From Escherichia phage JEP6: a stretch of 64,000 bases of DNA. Below are positions 9,865 through 19,652 of this stretch, one piece after another. Below the pieces are notes generated by a model that worked only from the letters and a program-made list of their open reading frames with translations, was not told the origin of the DNA and did not search any database. The translations under genes were made by a program, and so were the position numbers. Every line of letters starts with the position of its first letter. Position 1 is the stretch's first letter. Location: the sequence record MT764206.1; one strand, given 5' to 3'.

Positions 9865-10909
9865 CATTATATTCAGCATGAGTCGCAAATTCATGCCCGT
9901 TTATATGAAACAACAAAATTTGGATAGTCCATAGATATGCAACGTTCTTTTATAGTGCTAGGATGAAAATTTAGCGCTTTAGCTGCTTCTATATAAGACG
10001 TATACTTAATACCGTCAACAACCACATATTCAGGAACTTTATGAATAGTAGTCTTAATACTCAAAACAAGAGGATGAGTTTCGACTTCACTTTCAGTGCA
10101 ATTTAAATATTCCGCTGCTTTTTTAAAACTTCTAAAAGTTTTATTTTTAAGCTTTATCGATACTTGTTTTTTACTTTTTCGACTATTGATATTATTTTGC
10201 ACATGTTCCTTAGATCTTCCGTTTTTAGCATAATATTCAGCTACAGAAGATTTTATATTGTTTTTATGAGATTCGGATAACACTTTACCCTTATGAGCAT
10301 CTCTTAATTTTTGAATATGTTCTTCAGTATCCGGATGCTTATAAAACTTTTTACCGCCTATGGATTTATTTAAACATTTTTTGCTATAAAAATATTTACG
10401 TATGACCTCTTCTTCATGTTTTAATGCATCTTTATAACTATCAAATGTTTTTAAAATTATCCATTTAGTAGGTGTATCAGTTTTTAAGCGTTCATTTATA
10501 TACTTAGATGACGTTGTGTAAGTTTTCCAGTTTGTGGGCTTGTTTTTAATTGTTCTAAATTTTTTATAACCGATATAAATGTCGCCATTAGAAAACTTAA
10601 CTAAGTATGTAAATGCGTCTTTATCTTTTATTTTAGTACAACGTCTTTTTATCCATTTCATTGTTTCACCTCGTATTCATAAGATAATCTTATTTATACA
10701 AGATGACTGCTGCATGTCGCCATGCAGATTAGACTATATCTTCATCTTTCGATGCCGGCCGTTTCGAATAGCATTAGCTTCTATTCTACACCGCTACATT
10801 CATCACGGTTAGTCGTTAGGCATTTAGTTCAAAAGAACATTTAGCACGGGATTGTCTACTAGAGAGGTTCCCCGTTTAGACCGGTTTTACATGAGCCTGA
10901 ATTAAATTA
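9865..10909 (-). mobile_element. self-splicing group I intron in nrdD (sunY-type), carrying a homing endonuclease ORF 3' of the ribozyme core
   Basis: exon 1 ends in U that can pair (U-G) with internal guide GCUCAU just inside the intron (P1); intron ends in G; removal restores the NrdD frame; boundaries inferred to within a few nt. Confidence 0.75.
9891..10661 (-). CDS. GIY-YIG homing endonuclease (I-TevII-like), intron-encoded
   Basis: 256 aa; N-terminal GIY-YIG-type motif FTYLVKFSNGDIYIGY; lies entirely inside the nrdD intron. Confidence 0.8.
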   Translation of the reverse strand: MKWIKRRCTKIKDKDAFTYLVKFSNGDIYIGYKKFRTIKNKPTNWKTYTTSSKYINERLKTDTPTKWIILKTFDSYKDALKHEEEVIRKYFYSKKCLNKSIGGKKFYKHPDTEEHIQKLRDAHKGKVLSESHKNNIKSSVAEYYAKNGRSKEHVQNNINSRKSKKQVSIKLKNKTFRSFKKAAEYLNCTESEVETHPLVLSIKTTIHKVPEYVVVDGIKYTSYIEAAKALNFHPSTIKERCISMDYPNFVVSYKRA

Positions 10910-11447
10910 ACTCATACGCCTGAAACGCGTCGTATACGTCTTTTTCTGTTTTAGATTGGGCATAATTCAACGCATCAGCGATTTGCCATTTTTCTGCATC
11001 CTCAATATGTTTTGCATAGGTGCGTTTAACATATGGAGAAAGTACTTTATCTACATTCGCAAAAGTCGTTCCGCCATATTGATGAGAAGCAACCTGTGCA
11101 GTAATTTGTGCCATAATTGCAGTAGCAACGCCGATTGATTTAGGAGTTTCAATCTGCGCATTACCGAGCTTAAATCCGTTTTCAAGCATTCCTTTTAAAT
11201 CTACTAAACAGCAATTAGTAAATGGAAGAGCAGGGGAATAATCAATATCATGGAAATGGATAATTCCGCTTTCATGCGCTTTCATAATAAAAGACGGGAC
11301 CATATTTTTGGCAATGTGTTTAGACACAATACCAGCCATAAGGTCCCGTTGAGTTGGAAAAACACGAGAATCTTTATTAGCATTCTCGTTTAAAAGGTCT
11401 TTATTAGTTTTATGAATCAATCCTTCAATTTCTTTTTCAATTGTCAT
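10910..11447 (-). CDS. nrdD: anaerobic ribonucleoside-triphosphate reductase NrdD, exon 1
   Basis: N-terminal 179 codons plus 1 nt; track ORF 10902-11447 runs 2 codons into the intron before a stop. Confidence 0.85.
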
Positions 11448-11917
11448 TTTAAACTCTTTCTAAGCTGCTTCTTAAATGAAGCTATTAATTGTGTTTTGGT
11501 GTCAGATTCATTATATTCAAATCCTCTTTGAAGCATCTCAGCCATCATTTCCTCTTTTCCTAAACGAGAAAATTCCTTTGATTTATCTCCAACAAAGTTA
11601 GGGTGAATATTATTTTGGGTGTAATCGGATTTTAAATAAGTAAGTAAATTTTCTAGCCATTCAAGATAATCAACGCCTTGTCCTTTTAAACCAGAACGAT
11701 TAAATTTATGTTTCATTTGACCTTCTGCAGCATTGCAGAGATTACAAAGCAATCCACGTACCTTTCCTGCTTTTGGTCCATTTAATTCATGGTCATGGTC
11801 GAGGTGATTAGCTTGAACATCAGGATTTAGTTCTCGTTGGCAAATTAAGCATTTACCGTTTTGTGCATTATAAAATTTTTGTTTTTCTTCTTTGTATAAT
11901 TTGCCAGTCAATAACAT
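11444..11917 (-). CDS. 49: endonuclease VII (Holliday junction resolvase) gp49
   Basis: 157 aa; sequence MLLTGKLYKEEKQKFYNAQNGKCLICQRELN... matches recalled T4 endo VII with zinc-binding Cys cluster. Confidence 0.9.
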   Translation of the reverse strand: MLLTGKLYKEEKQKFYNAQNGKCLICQRELNPDVQANHLDHDHELNGPKAGKVRGLLCNLCNAAEGQMKHKFNRSGLKGQGVDYLEWLENLLTYLKSDYTQNNIHPNFVGDKSKEFSRLGKEEMMAEMLQRGFEYNESDTKTQLIASFKKQLRKSLK

Positions 11918-11959
11918 AATAAAACCCTTACCTTGAATAGATAAGGGTATTTATTATTT

Positions 11960-12136
11960 TCAAGTATTGTAAAACATTCGATGCAATCGCTTATATTGTC
12001 GAATCATCTTTTTAGTAGGACGAGAATAAGTTCCTACACAAGTGGTCATATTAGGGTCTGTAGAATTTCCTTTAATAAAAAGTTTCCAAACCTTACCGCC
12101 ATTTAACTTTTCAGTATAAATCAATTCAGTTTTCAT
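11960..12136 (-). CDS. hypothetical small protein (58 aa)
   Basis: below track cutoff; ATG shares a nucleotide with stop of ORF 12136-12600 (TAATG). Confidence 0.3.
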   Translation of the reverse strand: MKTELIYTEKLNGGKVWKLFIKGNSTDPNMTTCVGTYSRPTKKMIRQYKRLHRMFYNT

Positions 12137-12600
12137 TAAAATGCTCGGTCAGAAAAAGAAATTTGAGTTTCAAGCCATTCAATATATTCTGCCGCAGCTT
12201 GCATCAAATTTCCTTCATAACCATCGTTGTTTTCTTGCGCAGCTAATTTAGCTAATGCATATGAAATGCGTTCACCTTGAAAAGCGGCTTTAGGTTTATG
12301 AATAGCTTGATCAACTCGTTCTACAACTTCTTCAATTTCGCCATTTTCTACTGATTCAGTATTCCACAAGCACCAATACGTAATTGGCTTATCGTAGATG
12401 TTAATAACCTTTCCATCAGAAAGTTCAATTTCAATAATTCCAGTATCAGGTTCTATATCATCTTCACATTCTTTTGCGAGTTCACGAACTTTAAAGACAG
12501 TACCTGCACTAAGTTCTGGCCAATAATTACATAGCCCTTTATCAGCACGATTAATTCTAAACCACTTATCTACTGTAATCATGTCCCATCTCCATATCAA
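12136..12600 (-). CDS. hypothetical protein (at the position of T4 pin)
   Basis: ORF track 154 aa; identity to PinA not verifiable from sequence alone. Confidence 0.5.
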   Translation of the reverse strand: MIWRWDMITVDKWFRINRADKGLCNYWPELSAGTVFKVRELAKECEDDIEPDTGIIEIELSDGKVINIYDKPITYWCLWNTESVENGEIEEVVERVDQAIHKPKAAFQGERISYALAKLAAQENNDGYEGNLMQAAAEYIEWLETQISFSDRAF

Positions 12601-12705
12601 TTAAGTCATTTATCGTAGGTTCATTATATACTATTTCTTCATCAGTGTAAACCGGTTCTTCCGGCTCTGGCTCTACAGTTTCCCATCTAGCCGCCCACCA
12701 GGGTT

Positions 12706-13026
12706 TTATAGCGTAATCCATTCTCGTATTGTCTGAGTTACTACACGTTCACGGGGCTCGACCAGTTCAACAGTCGGAACTGCATAATACCAGTCAGAAT
12801 GGTAAGAACCTGAACGGCATTCATTTACGGAAACATGTACATTATGTTTTGGACTAAAATAAACACACTGACGATATTGACATTTACCGTCTTGCACCCA
12901 GTCTTCTATTTCGATAGGTTTAAGATAATCCGAAAAATCGAAATCATAATTTTCTGAAAATGCATCATGGTCTTCGATGATTTCACTCAGAACTGCATCA
13001 ACATCTAATTTATTTTCAATATTCAT
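12706..13026 (-). CDS. hypothetical protein
   Basis: ORF track 106 aa. Confidence 0.5.
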   Translation of the reverse strand: MNIENKLDVDAVLSEIIEDHDAFSENYDFDFSDYLKPIEIEDWVQDGKCQYRQCVYFSPKHNVHVSVNECRSGSYHSDWYYAVPTVELVEPRERVVTQTIREWITL

Positions 13027-13036
13027 TTTTCACCAA

Positions 13037-13246
13037 TTAATTTCGCAATTTATTAAGTTCTTCATAATCAATCCAGGATTCTAGTCCTGATGGCAAATCA
13101 GATTCAATTTCCCAAAGAAGCTCTTCAATTTTCTGAAGACGTTCTAATTCTTCAGCTGGAATAGTAACCATTGATGGAGCTCTTGATACGCTAATATCGT
13201 AAATCATATTTACCCCAGTTTGACCATACAATCGCCATATTTCCAT
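13037..13246 (-). CDS. hypothetical protein
   Basis: ORF track 69 aa. Confidence 0.45.
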   Translation of the reverse strand: MEIWRLYGQTGVNMIYDISVSRAPSMVTIPAEELERLQKIEELLWEIESDLPSGLESWIDYEELNKLRN

Positions 13247-13425
13247 TTAGAAATAGACTTTTCACCATTAGAATAATAAACTTCGAGTTTAGCACGGCCA
13301 TTTTTAATTTGAATAACCTTTGCTGTCATCAAAGTTCCATACCCATAATAAACTGCAACCTCATCACCTACATATACCGCGCTTCCGCGGTAGTCATGGA
13401 TATAATCAGTTCCTTCGAGCATCAT
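13210..13425 (-). CDS. hypothetical protein
   Basis: ORF track 71 aa. Confidence 0.45.
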   Translation of the reverse strand: MMLEGTDYIHDYRGSAVYVGDEVAVYYGYGTLMTAKVIQIKNGRAKLEVYYSNGEKSISKWKYGDCMVKLG

Positions 13426-13685
13426 TTAAAGTATTCCCGCAATTGGTCAAATCCACCAATATGACTTCCATCAGGAGCAAATACTTGTGGCATCGTCAGT
13501 CCAATTTGAGTATCACGACCCAGTTTAGTTAGAAGCTCAGCGATTTTCTCATCATCAAAAACACCTTTTTCCGGCATAATGTTGATAAATTCAAACGGCT
13601 GTTTCTTCACAGTCAAGAGACGTTTTGCATTATCGCAATACACACATTTGTGGATGTTGCTATCATAACCATATACTTTAAACAT
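13422..13685 (-). CDS. nrdC: thioredoxin/glutaredoxin NrdC
   Basis: 87 aa; CVYC redox motif; sequence MFKVYGYDSNIHKCVYCDNAKRLL... matches recalled T4 NrdC. Confidence 0.9.
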   Translation of the reverse strand: MFKVYGYDSNIHKCVYCDNAKRLLTVKKQPFEFINIMPEKGVFDDEKIAELLTKLGRDTQIGLTMPQVFAPDGSHIGGFDQLREYFK

Positions 13686-13686
13686 A

Positions 13687-13977
13687 TTATTCCTTAATTC
13701 CTAGTACTTGTTTAAAAGTCTCGTCGTAATCAAGACTTTGACCTGTTTGTTCTTTATGTTTGTATATAATATCACTTACTTCTGATAGCATATTTTTATA
13801 TGAACGAGTTAAAGCAGATTTAAGCACGCTGTATCTATCAGGAAATTTACCATGTTCATTATAATAAGCTATTGCTAATTCACGGACTGCCTTTTCAGCA
13901 GTCTCCATATATTCTTTACGCTTGGTCATTTTCTTCTCGGTTAAATCGGTGTTTGCAATGACGACATTTATATTCAA
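13687..13977 (-). CDS. hypothetical protein; start may be internal
   Basis: ORF track 96 aa. Confidence 0.45.
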
Positions 13978-14233
13978 GCTCTGGTTTACGCCAGTTAATC
14001 AATTGGACCTGTTCAGTACCACATTTTGGGCAATTCGGAACATTCTTAGAAGCCCTTTCGCGGCGTTCAACCATAACCATAATGGCATCCCAAGCAGGAG
14101 GTTTAAAGTCTAGATCGTCACAGCCATGAATCTTTCCACGCATTTCCAAATCGTCTTCTTCACCAGCCATAATAATTTTAATTAGACTAGAATTACTTGA
14201 AGCTGCAATGTCTTCTAATAGACGCTTTTTCAT
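13916..14233 (-). CDS. hypothetical zinc-ribbon protein
   Basis: 105 aa; CPKCGTEQ...CRHCKH two CxxC pairs. Confidence 0.5.
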
Positions 14234-15159
14234 TTCAATACCTCAATAGCATTGCGTAAACCATTTGCTTTGGCGGTTAAAGCCTTAAGAACTTTAGTAT
14301 GCTCTTCAATTTGTTTTTCAACTTCAATCAAACGAGCATTGAGATATTCGCGTTCTTCACTCAGATTATCAGCCTTTTCTGCTTTAGGTTCTTTTACAAC
14401 TTGCTTATATGTATTAGGGTTCTTCAGTTTAATTAGAATGCGTGAACTGTACAGCATTGAACCATTATCTTCGGTTTCGTCATACATTTCCACTACGTCC
14501 ATCATCTCCACCATCGTGCAGAGTTTATAAGACAACGAACGAATAATTTTGTTGTGCTTATTAATTTCTCTAGCTGTCATGGTGCCGAGATTACGTGAGT
14601 AATAATAAGGAACCTGGATATTAATTAATACTGATGAACCACCTGGCTTGTGTGTTACTTCATCAGCAATAACCCAATCCTTAACATGAACTGTATTTGT
14701 ACGGTCATCGCCCGCGGTAAATAGTTTACGAGCATGCTTAAAAAGCATATTCACTTGGTCATTGAATTGACAAGCGAATTTATCAGCAAATTTAGTTTCG
14801 GGAATGGTAGATAACCAATCAGCCAAATGGGTCTTTTTAACATCGTTAACAATAGTAAATTCAACCAAATCGGTTATAGATGTCTCAGATTTAATGAAGC
14901 TCGGCTTCATAAAGTTTTTAATGTTATCACTAGCTACAGTAGAAGATAACAGACGAGAACGTTTAAACCATTGAAGCAAATTGCCTAACGAATGTGAATA
15001 CGCATTTTGTGTATCTTTACAAATATGGTTTTCCCATCCAATATAGTCTAAAAAATCACGAAGAATATTATTGATTACTGCTCTGTGTCCTATCTGATAA
15101 TTACGATGTTTAGTAATAAGACTGTCAAAATAATCAATATAATGTTTACGAGTTTTCAT
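14230..15159 (-). CDS. hypothetical protein with C-terminal coiled coil (paralog cluster member 1)
   Basis: 309 aa; heptad-rich C-terminal 50 aa; same architecture as next three ORFs. Confidence 0.6.
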   Translation of the reverse strand: MKTRKHYIDYFDSLITKHRNYQIGHRAVINNILRDFLDYIGWENHICKDTQNAYSHSLGNLLQWFKRSRLLSSTVASDNIKNFMKPSFIKSETSITDLVEFTIVNDVKKTHLADWLSTIPETKFADKFACQFNDQVNMLFKHARKLFTAGDDRTNTVHVKDWVIADEVTHKPGGSSVLINIQVPYYYSRNLGTMTAREINKHNKIIRSLSYKLCTMVEMMDVVEMYDETEDNGSMLYSSRILIKLKNPNTYKQVVKEPKAEKADNLSEEREYLNARLIEVEKQIEEHTKVLKALTAKANGLRNAIEVLK

Positions 15160-15211
15160 GTTCTTCTCACTTGGTTAATGATTTATACTCCGAGCCATCC
15201 TTGGCTTTAAA

Positions 15212-16213
15212 TTACTTAATTAACTGTAAAGCTTGTTCCAGACGATCAAGACGATTAACAGATTCTTCCCAAATCCTTTTAGCCTGCTCATATTCTTTCT
15301 GCGCTTTATTAGAAATTTCTAGAACTTCTTTATAAGCTTTTTCTAGTGCAATAACTTCTGGACGAATTTCTATCGGTTCAGGTGAATCATCAAGACATTC
15401 CATTAGTTCCTCAAGGGTAGTTTCTTCTTTAGGAGTATTCACAATTTCATCACATTTTTGTTGGTAAATTTCTTTATCAGTTAGTGAATAAGCACATTTC
15501 ACTTCACGAAGGCTAATTACGAGTTTATATCCTTCCCAGCCGCATATATTCTTAAAAGGATATGTATGAATACTTTTTACAGTTTCCATACAGCCCAAAG
15601 CCGCCTCTAATTGATGAGTTATAGTGCTAGCAATTGAGAAAAATTTATTAATGTTCTTTTGGTTAGCTTCTGGTGTAAAAAATCTGTAATTAATAAAAAT
15701 AGCTACTTTGTTTTTATCAAGCTCATATTCTTCTGCTATAATCATATCATCAGCTAAGGGATGAATTTGACGATAATCGCCATAACATAATTTAGAAGCT
15801 GATTTTAGAATTTGCTTCGTAAAACTCCTAAATTCACTAACCCAACGACGAGTAAAAATATTCTCAGGGTCTTCTTTAGTATTAAGATGATAAGTATTAA
15901 CATCACCGAACCAATTATATCCTACTACATCTTTGGTTCGTTTAATTTCTTTCCCAAAATTACCAAGAATATCCCGATTAACCAAATATGAAAGAAGACG
16001 AGACTCTTTAAAGGTTTTCTTGATAAGATCTTTATCTACACGGCTAGAAATTTTACGAATTTCATGAATAAATTTAGTAGAAGAAACAATACTTGCATCA
16101 ACACTATTGAGCCATTGATTGATAATAGAAAGAACGCTATTTTGGCCAAACATCGGTATAGCTTTATCATCAATAACGCTATTGAATGATTTGATATATT
16201 CGTTACGAGTCAT
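15212..16213 (-). CDS. hypothetical protein with C-terminal coiled coil (paralog cluster member 2)
   Basis: 333 aa from ATG 16213 preceded by GAGGAG RBS; track start 16264 is an upstream extension. Confidence 0.6.
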   Translation of the reverse strand: MTRNEYIKSFNSVIDDKAIPMFGQNSVLSIINQWLNSVDASIVSSTKFIHEIRKISSRVDKDLIKKTFKESRLLSYLVNRDILGNFGKEIKRTKDVVGYNWFGDVNTYHLNTKEDPENIFTRRWVSEFRSFTKQILKSASKLCYGDYRQIHPLADDMIIAEEYELDKNKVAIFINYRFFTPEANQKNINKFFSIASTITHQLEAALGCMETVKSIHTYPFKNICGWEGYKLVISLREVKCAYSLTDKEIYQQKCDEIVNTPKEETTLEELMECLDDSPEPIEIRPEVIALEKAYKEVLEISNKAQKEYEQAKRIWEESVNRLDRLEQALQLIK

Positions 16214-16270
16214 AATAATCTCCTCAGTAGAAAGTAAAAACATTATACCACATCCTTGTGGCAAAGTAAA

Positions 16271-17293
16271 CTAGTTCAGTGCATTTAGTGCATTGTTCAG
16301 TTTAGAACGTTGCTTTGTCAGATTTTGAACCCTTGACTGAGCTTGTTTTAACACCTTTTCAGCTTCTAACACTTCATTGGTCGCTTTAACGAGTTCATCA
16401 TCTACTGCCTTAAGAGACTTCTCAATCGCGTCAGCGTGCCATTTTTCTACAGGTTTAAAATTTGAATTTTCAGTAGGAAGAAAACTCACTTTATTAAGTT
16501 TACATGCATCTATATTGCTTGAGCTATACATCCAAAATTTAGGATCGTTTGATGAGTAATTAGATGAATTTAAGGTATTTTGCACTTCCTGCTTTTTCTC
16601 TTGAACAATTTCATCCTTTCTCAAAAATTCATATTTAAATGAAACGATCATATCAAGTTCATATGTTGTTGTATGTTCCCAATTTCGCTCAAAATGAGGT
16701 AAAATCTTAGATTGAACAGCAGCAACAACATCCATATACTTAAATGCTTCTGTCAGCTGTGATTTAAGACATTCACAAATTGAAAGAGAATTTTTTGTAT
16801 TAGGTTTAAAGCTAATTCGTGCAGTTCTATTATTTTCTTTTAATGGTCTTACTTCCATCTGAAGAGTATAACCATCAAATTTCAGGTTCTTTAAGTTAAT
16901 GTCAGAACCTTTTAATCGACTCGCAATTGATAAAATTTGTTTTAATTGTTTACGGAATAGAGCAATAAATCTCCATTCAAGACGATAATGATTTGGATTA
17001 AAAAATCCAGTTGATAGATCAGTCTTACTTTGACCAACGCCTCGAACAAATAGAGGATTTTTATAATCAATAGTTTTACAGAAATCGGTGAGCTGCTCGC
17101 GAGCAGTCATTTGTGTAATATACCCTGCTTTACTAAAATTACGCACCCATTCACTGCTATTCGTATACTTAAAGTGATGAATAACACGATTAACTTTATC
17201 AGGGTCTAAATTATTTTCACACAAAAATGTCATAACATCACGAGTATAACTGGCATTACGAACCATATCTTCAATTTGAGAACGAGTTTTCAT
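16271..17293 (-). CDS. hypothetical protein with C-terminal coiled coil (paralog cluster member 3)
   Basis: 340 aa; N-terminus MKTR... like member 1. Confidence 0.6.
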   Translation of the reverse strand: MKTRSQIEDMVRNASYTRDVMTFLCENNLDPDKVNRVIHHFKYTNSSEWVRNFSKAGYITQMTAREQLTDFCKTIDYKNPLFVRGVGQSKTDLSTGFFNPNHYRLEWRFIALFRKQLKQILSIASRLKGSDINLKNLKFDGYTLQMEVRPLKENNRTARISFKPNTKNSLSICECLKSQLTEAFKYMDVVAAVQSKILPHFERNWEHTTTYELDMIVSFKYEFLRKDEIVQEKKQEVQNTLNSSNYSSNDPKFWMYSSSNIDACKLNKVSFLPTENSNFKPVEKWHADAIEKSLKAVDDELVKATNEVLEAEKVLKQAQSRVQNLTKQRSKLNNALNALN

Positions 17294-17301
17294 GGTGTTC
17301 C

Positions 17302-18225
17302 TTAAGATTTAAGTAAATCAACAATTTTAATTAATTTTTCACGTTCAGATTTAGCTTTACTACTCAATCCAGATAGTCTGAAAATTTCATCGTCATATTG
17401 TTGAATAGAAATATTCAGCTCTTCAATTTGCTTATTAAAATAATCAATTTGTTCAGAATGCTTTTCATTACTGCGAACTGGTACAGGTTTTGTAGGCAAT
17501 TTAGATGAACTGGATTCATCTGGGCGATAAATTAAAATGCAATTTGAACCAATCGGACATTTAGCACCAGACACATATTCTAATGTTCCGGCTTCTTTTA
17601 AAACTTCAAAGGCTAAACAGAGATGATGCCCCATATTAACATAATCTGTAGAGCGAGCTCTGACGTAATAATCATCTCCACGAGTGCTAAATTTAAAGCA
17701 TTTAAGGTCTTCTGTATTATTGGTCTTAAAAATCATTTGTTTATCTAGACCTTTAGCTAATCGAGCACCTAATGCTAATAATCGTCGTTGATTTTCCCAC
17801 AAATCCGCAATCATTTGGTCGAATGATAATTTTGGCATTAGTCGACCATAAAGGTCATATCCTTTATTATAATTGCGAAGAATTTCACTCGCATTAATAC
17901 GAGACAATGCTCCAATTTTATTAAGGGCTTTCATGATGCGATTAGATAAAAGCATTCCAGACCCGTTTGTTCGTTGTAAATGTTTTTCTAATCCAAATCC
18001 AATATCAACTTTAAACTTATCTAAAATTTCGGCGTGAACATCTTTATCGATAACATTTAAATTTAGTACTGGGTTAAATTTATGAAAAAATTTATCTGAC
18101 TCGTCGCGTTGAAGTACAGTCCATTCATTTGATTTTTTATTAACTAAAGATTTAATTACTGCATTGACATTATTAATTGCTACTGACATATTTTCCTCAC
18201 TCAATTTCAATTTTACTAAATACAC
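17302..18225 (-). CDS. hypothetical protein with C-terminal coiled coil (paralog cluster member 4)
   Basis: 307 aa. Confidence 0.6.
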   Translation of the reverse strand: MYLVKLKLSEENMSVAINNVNAVIKSLVNKKSNEWTVLQRDESDKFFHKFNPVLNLNVIDKDVHAEILDKFKVDIGFGLEKHLQRTNGSGMLLSNRIMKALNKIGALSRINASEILRNYNKGYDLYGRLMPKLSFDQMIADLWENQRRLLALGARLAKGLDKQMIFKTNNTEDLKCFKFSTRGDDYYVRARSTDYVNMGHHLCLAFEVLKEAGTLEYVSGAKCPIGSNCILIYRPDESSSSKLPTKPVPVRSNEKHSEQIDYFNKQIEELNISIQQYDDEIFRLSGLSSKAKSEREKLIKIVDLLKS

Positions 18226-18604
18226 AGAATATGATGGAAAAGACTATATAAGCACCGCATACAGATTGAACTAATACCATTCCAAAGAACCAAACAATAT
18301 TATCAAACAATGTCTGTTTTACGTCGAAAGGACGTAAACTTACAGTAATATTATCACCTTTTTCTATTGAAGAATACATCTCTGGGGAAATATATTCACT
18401 AAATCTATAACCGTCTTTGAGTTCATATATAGCAATAAACGATAAACTAGACCCCTTTCCTTGTGTTCCTGTAATAGTATTAACTACAGTAACATCATAA
18501 TCTTTATAATGCATATAATCATTAATTGCGTAATAACCATATGCAATTACTATACATAAACAACATATCAATAAATTCAATCTTTTAATTATCAACTGTT
18601 TCAT
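18197..18604 (-). CDS. hypothetical membrane protein
   Basis: 135 aa; N- and C-terminal hydrophobic segments. Confidence 0.5.
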   Translation of the reverse strand: MKQLIIKRLNLLICCLCIVIAYGYYAINDYMHYKDYDVTVVNTITGTQGKGSSLSFIAIYELKDGYRFSEYISPEMYSSIEKGDNITVSLRPFDVKQTLFDNIVWFFGMVLVQSVCGAYIVFSIIFCVFSKIEIE

Positions 18605-18659
18605 AATAATCTCAATTAAAAGGGCTTAGAACCATTATACCATCCTTGGTATAAAGCGG

Positions 18660-19187
18660 TTATGCGAGTACCGTCTTTAACCGTTCTTCAAACTTCCGAA
18701 GAGTATTCTGGCGTTCAGCTCTTTGCTTTTTGTAAGTTTCAATACGCTCTGAAATGAGAGTGTATCGTTCATTTACTGATTCTTTCATAAAATCAGGAAT
18801 TTCACGAGAAGCTTTAATCTCGTCAAATTTATCAATAACAGCTTGCTCTTCAGCAATTAAGTTATCATACATCAAAATATCTTTCTTGATGAACTCAATA
18901 TCTTCTTGAGTTACACGAGATAATTTAGATGCTTTATCCTTTTTGTACTGTTCGTTAGTATCACGAGACCAGTGTAATGTACGATTTTTATTCGTATTCT
19001 TGTAAATTTCTACAATACCGATCTCATCGATAATAACGATCCAATTCCAACGGGATTTGTAAATTTGTCCTCCATCAACAGTGATTTCACCTCCGATTGA
19101 GATGTCATTAAAGAACTTGCTTTGTGCTTCTGATTTAAATTTACCATCGTTGTAATTTACCAGGTTGAAAATATCTTTAGCGTTCAT
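18660..19187 (-). CDS. hypothetical protein
   Basis: ORF track 175 aa; early promoter upstream. Confidence 0.55.
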   Translation of the reverse strand: MNAKDIFNLVNYNDGKFKSEAQSKFFNDISIGGEITVDGGQIYKSRWNWIVIIDEIGIVEIYKNTNKNRTLHWSRDTNEQYKKDKASKLSRVTQEDIEFIKKDILMYDNLIAEEQAVIDKFDEIKASREIPDFMKESVNERYTLISERIETYKKQRAERQNTLRKFEERLKTVLA

Positions 19188-19215
19188 TTTGTGTTCCTCC
19201 GTAGTTGATAGTTGT

Positions 19216-19245
19216 ATAGTACCACAGAGGAACGGTCTTGTAAAC
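19216..19245 (-). promoter_or_regulatory. T4-type early promoter (GTTTACA-N17-TACTAT)
   Basis: conserved -35/-10 with 17-nt spacer upstream of ORF start 19187. Confidence 0.6.
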
Positions 19246-19247
19246 CA

Positions 19248-19562
19248 CTAAAAGAAACTTCTTTCACAATTTTTTCCACTGAACCATGCGCTCACTGCTT
19301 TCTTAGTCTCAGGAGCAGTGTTATCCATAAACCATTCAAAGGCAGCCTTTTTATGATTCTGGAGGGCTTCTCGGGCTTTAATCTGCTCACGGTCTATTAA
19401 CACTAACATATGAGCCTTTCTTGTCACCATGGGCTTCTTATGATTTTTTGAATACTCCCAATCATTTGTCCATCGCATCGTTGTTGCGAATTGAAGTACA
19501 GCTTCTTTAATCTTAGTTTCGTAAATTTCACGAGCCTTTGAGTATAACATCATTACCTCCAT
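19248..19562 (-). CDS. hypothetical protein
   Basis: ORF track 104 aa. Confidence 0.5.
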   Translation of the reverse strand: MEVMMLYSKAREIYETKIKEAVLQFATTMRWTNDWEYSKNHKKPMVTRKAHMLVLIDREQIKAREALQNHKKAAFEWFMDNTAPETKKAVSAWFSGKNCERSFF

Positions 19563-19652
19563 TTACCAGTTTAATTCTAGTCATCTTTTTAATGGCAGTC
19601 CATATAATCTATTTCTGAACTGCCTTTTTGTCTTAGAAGTCCTCTTATGAAT

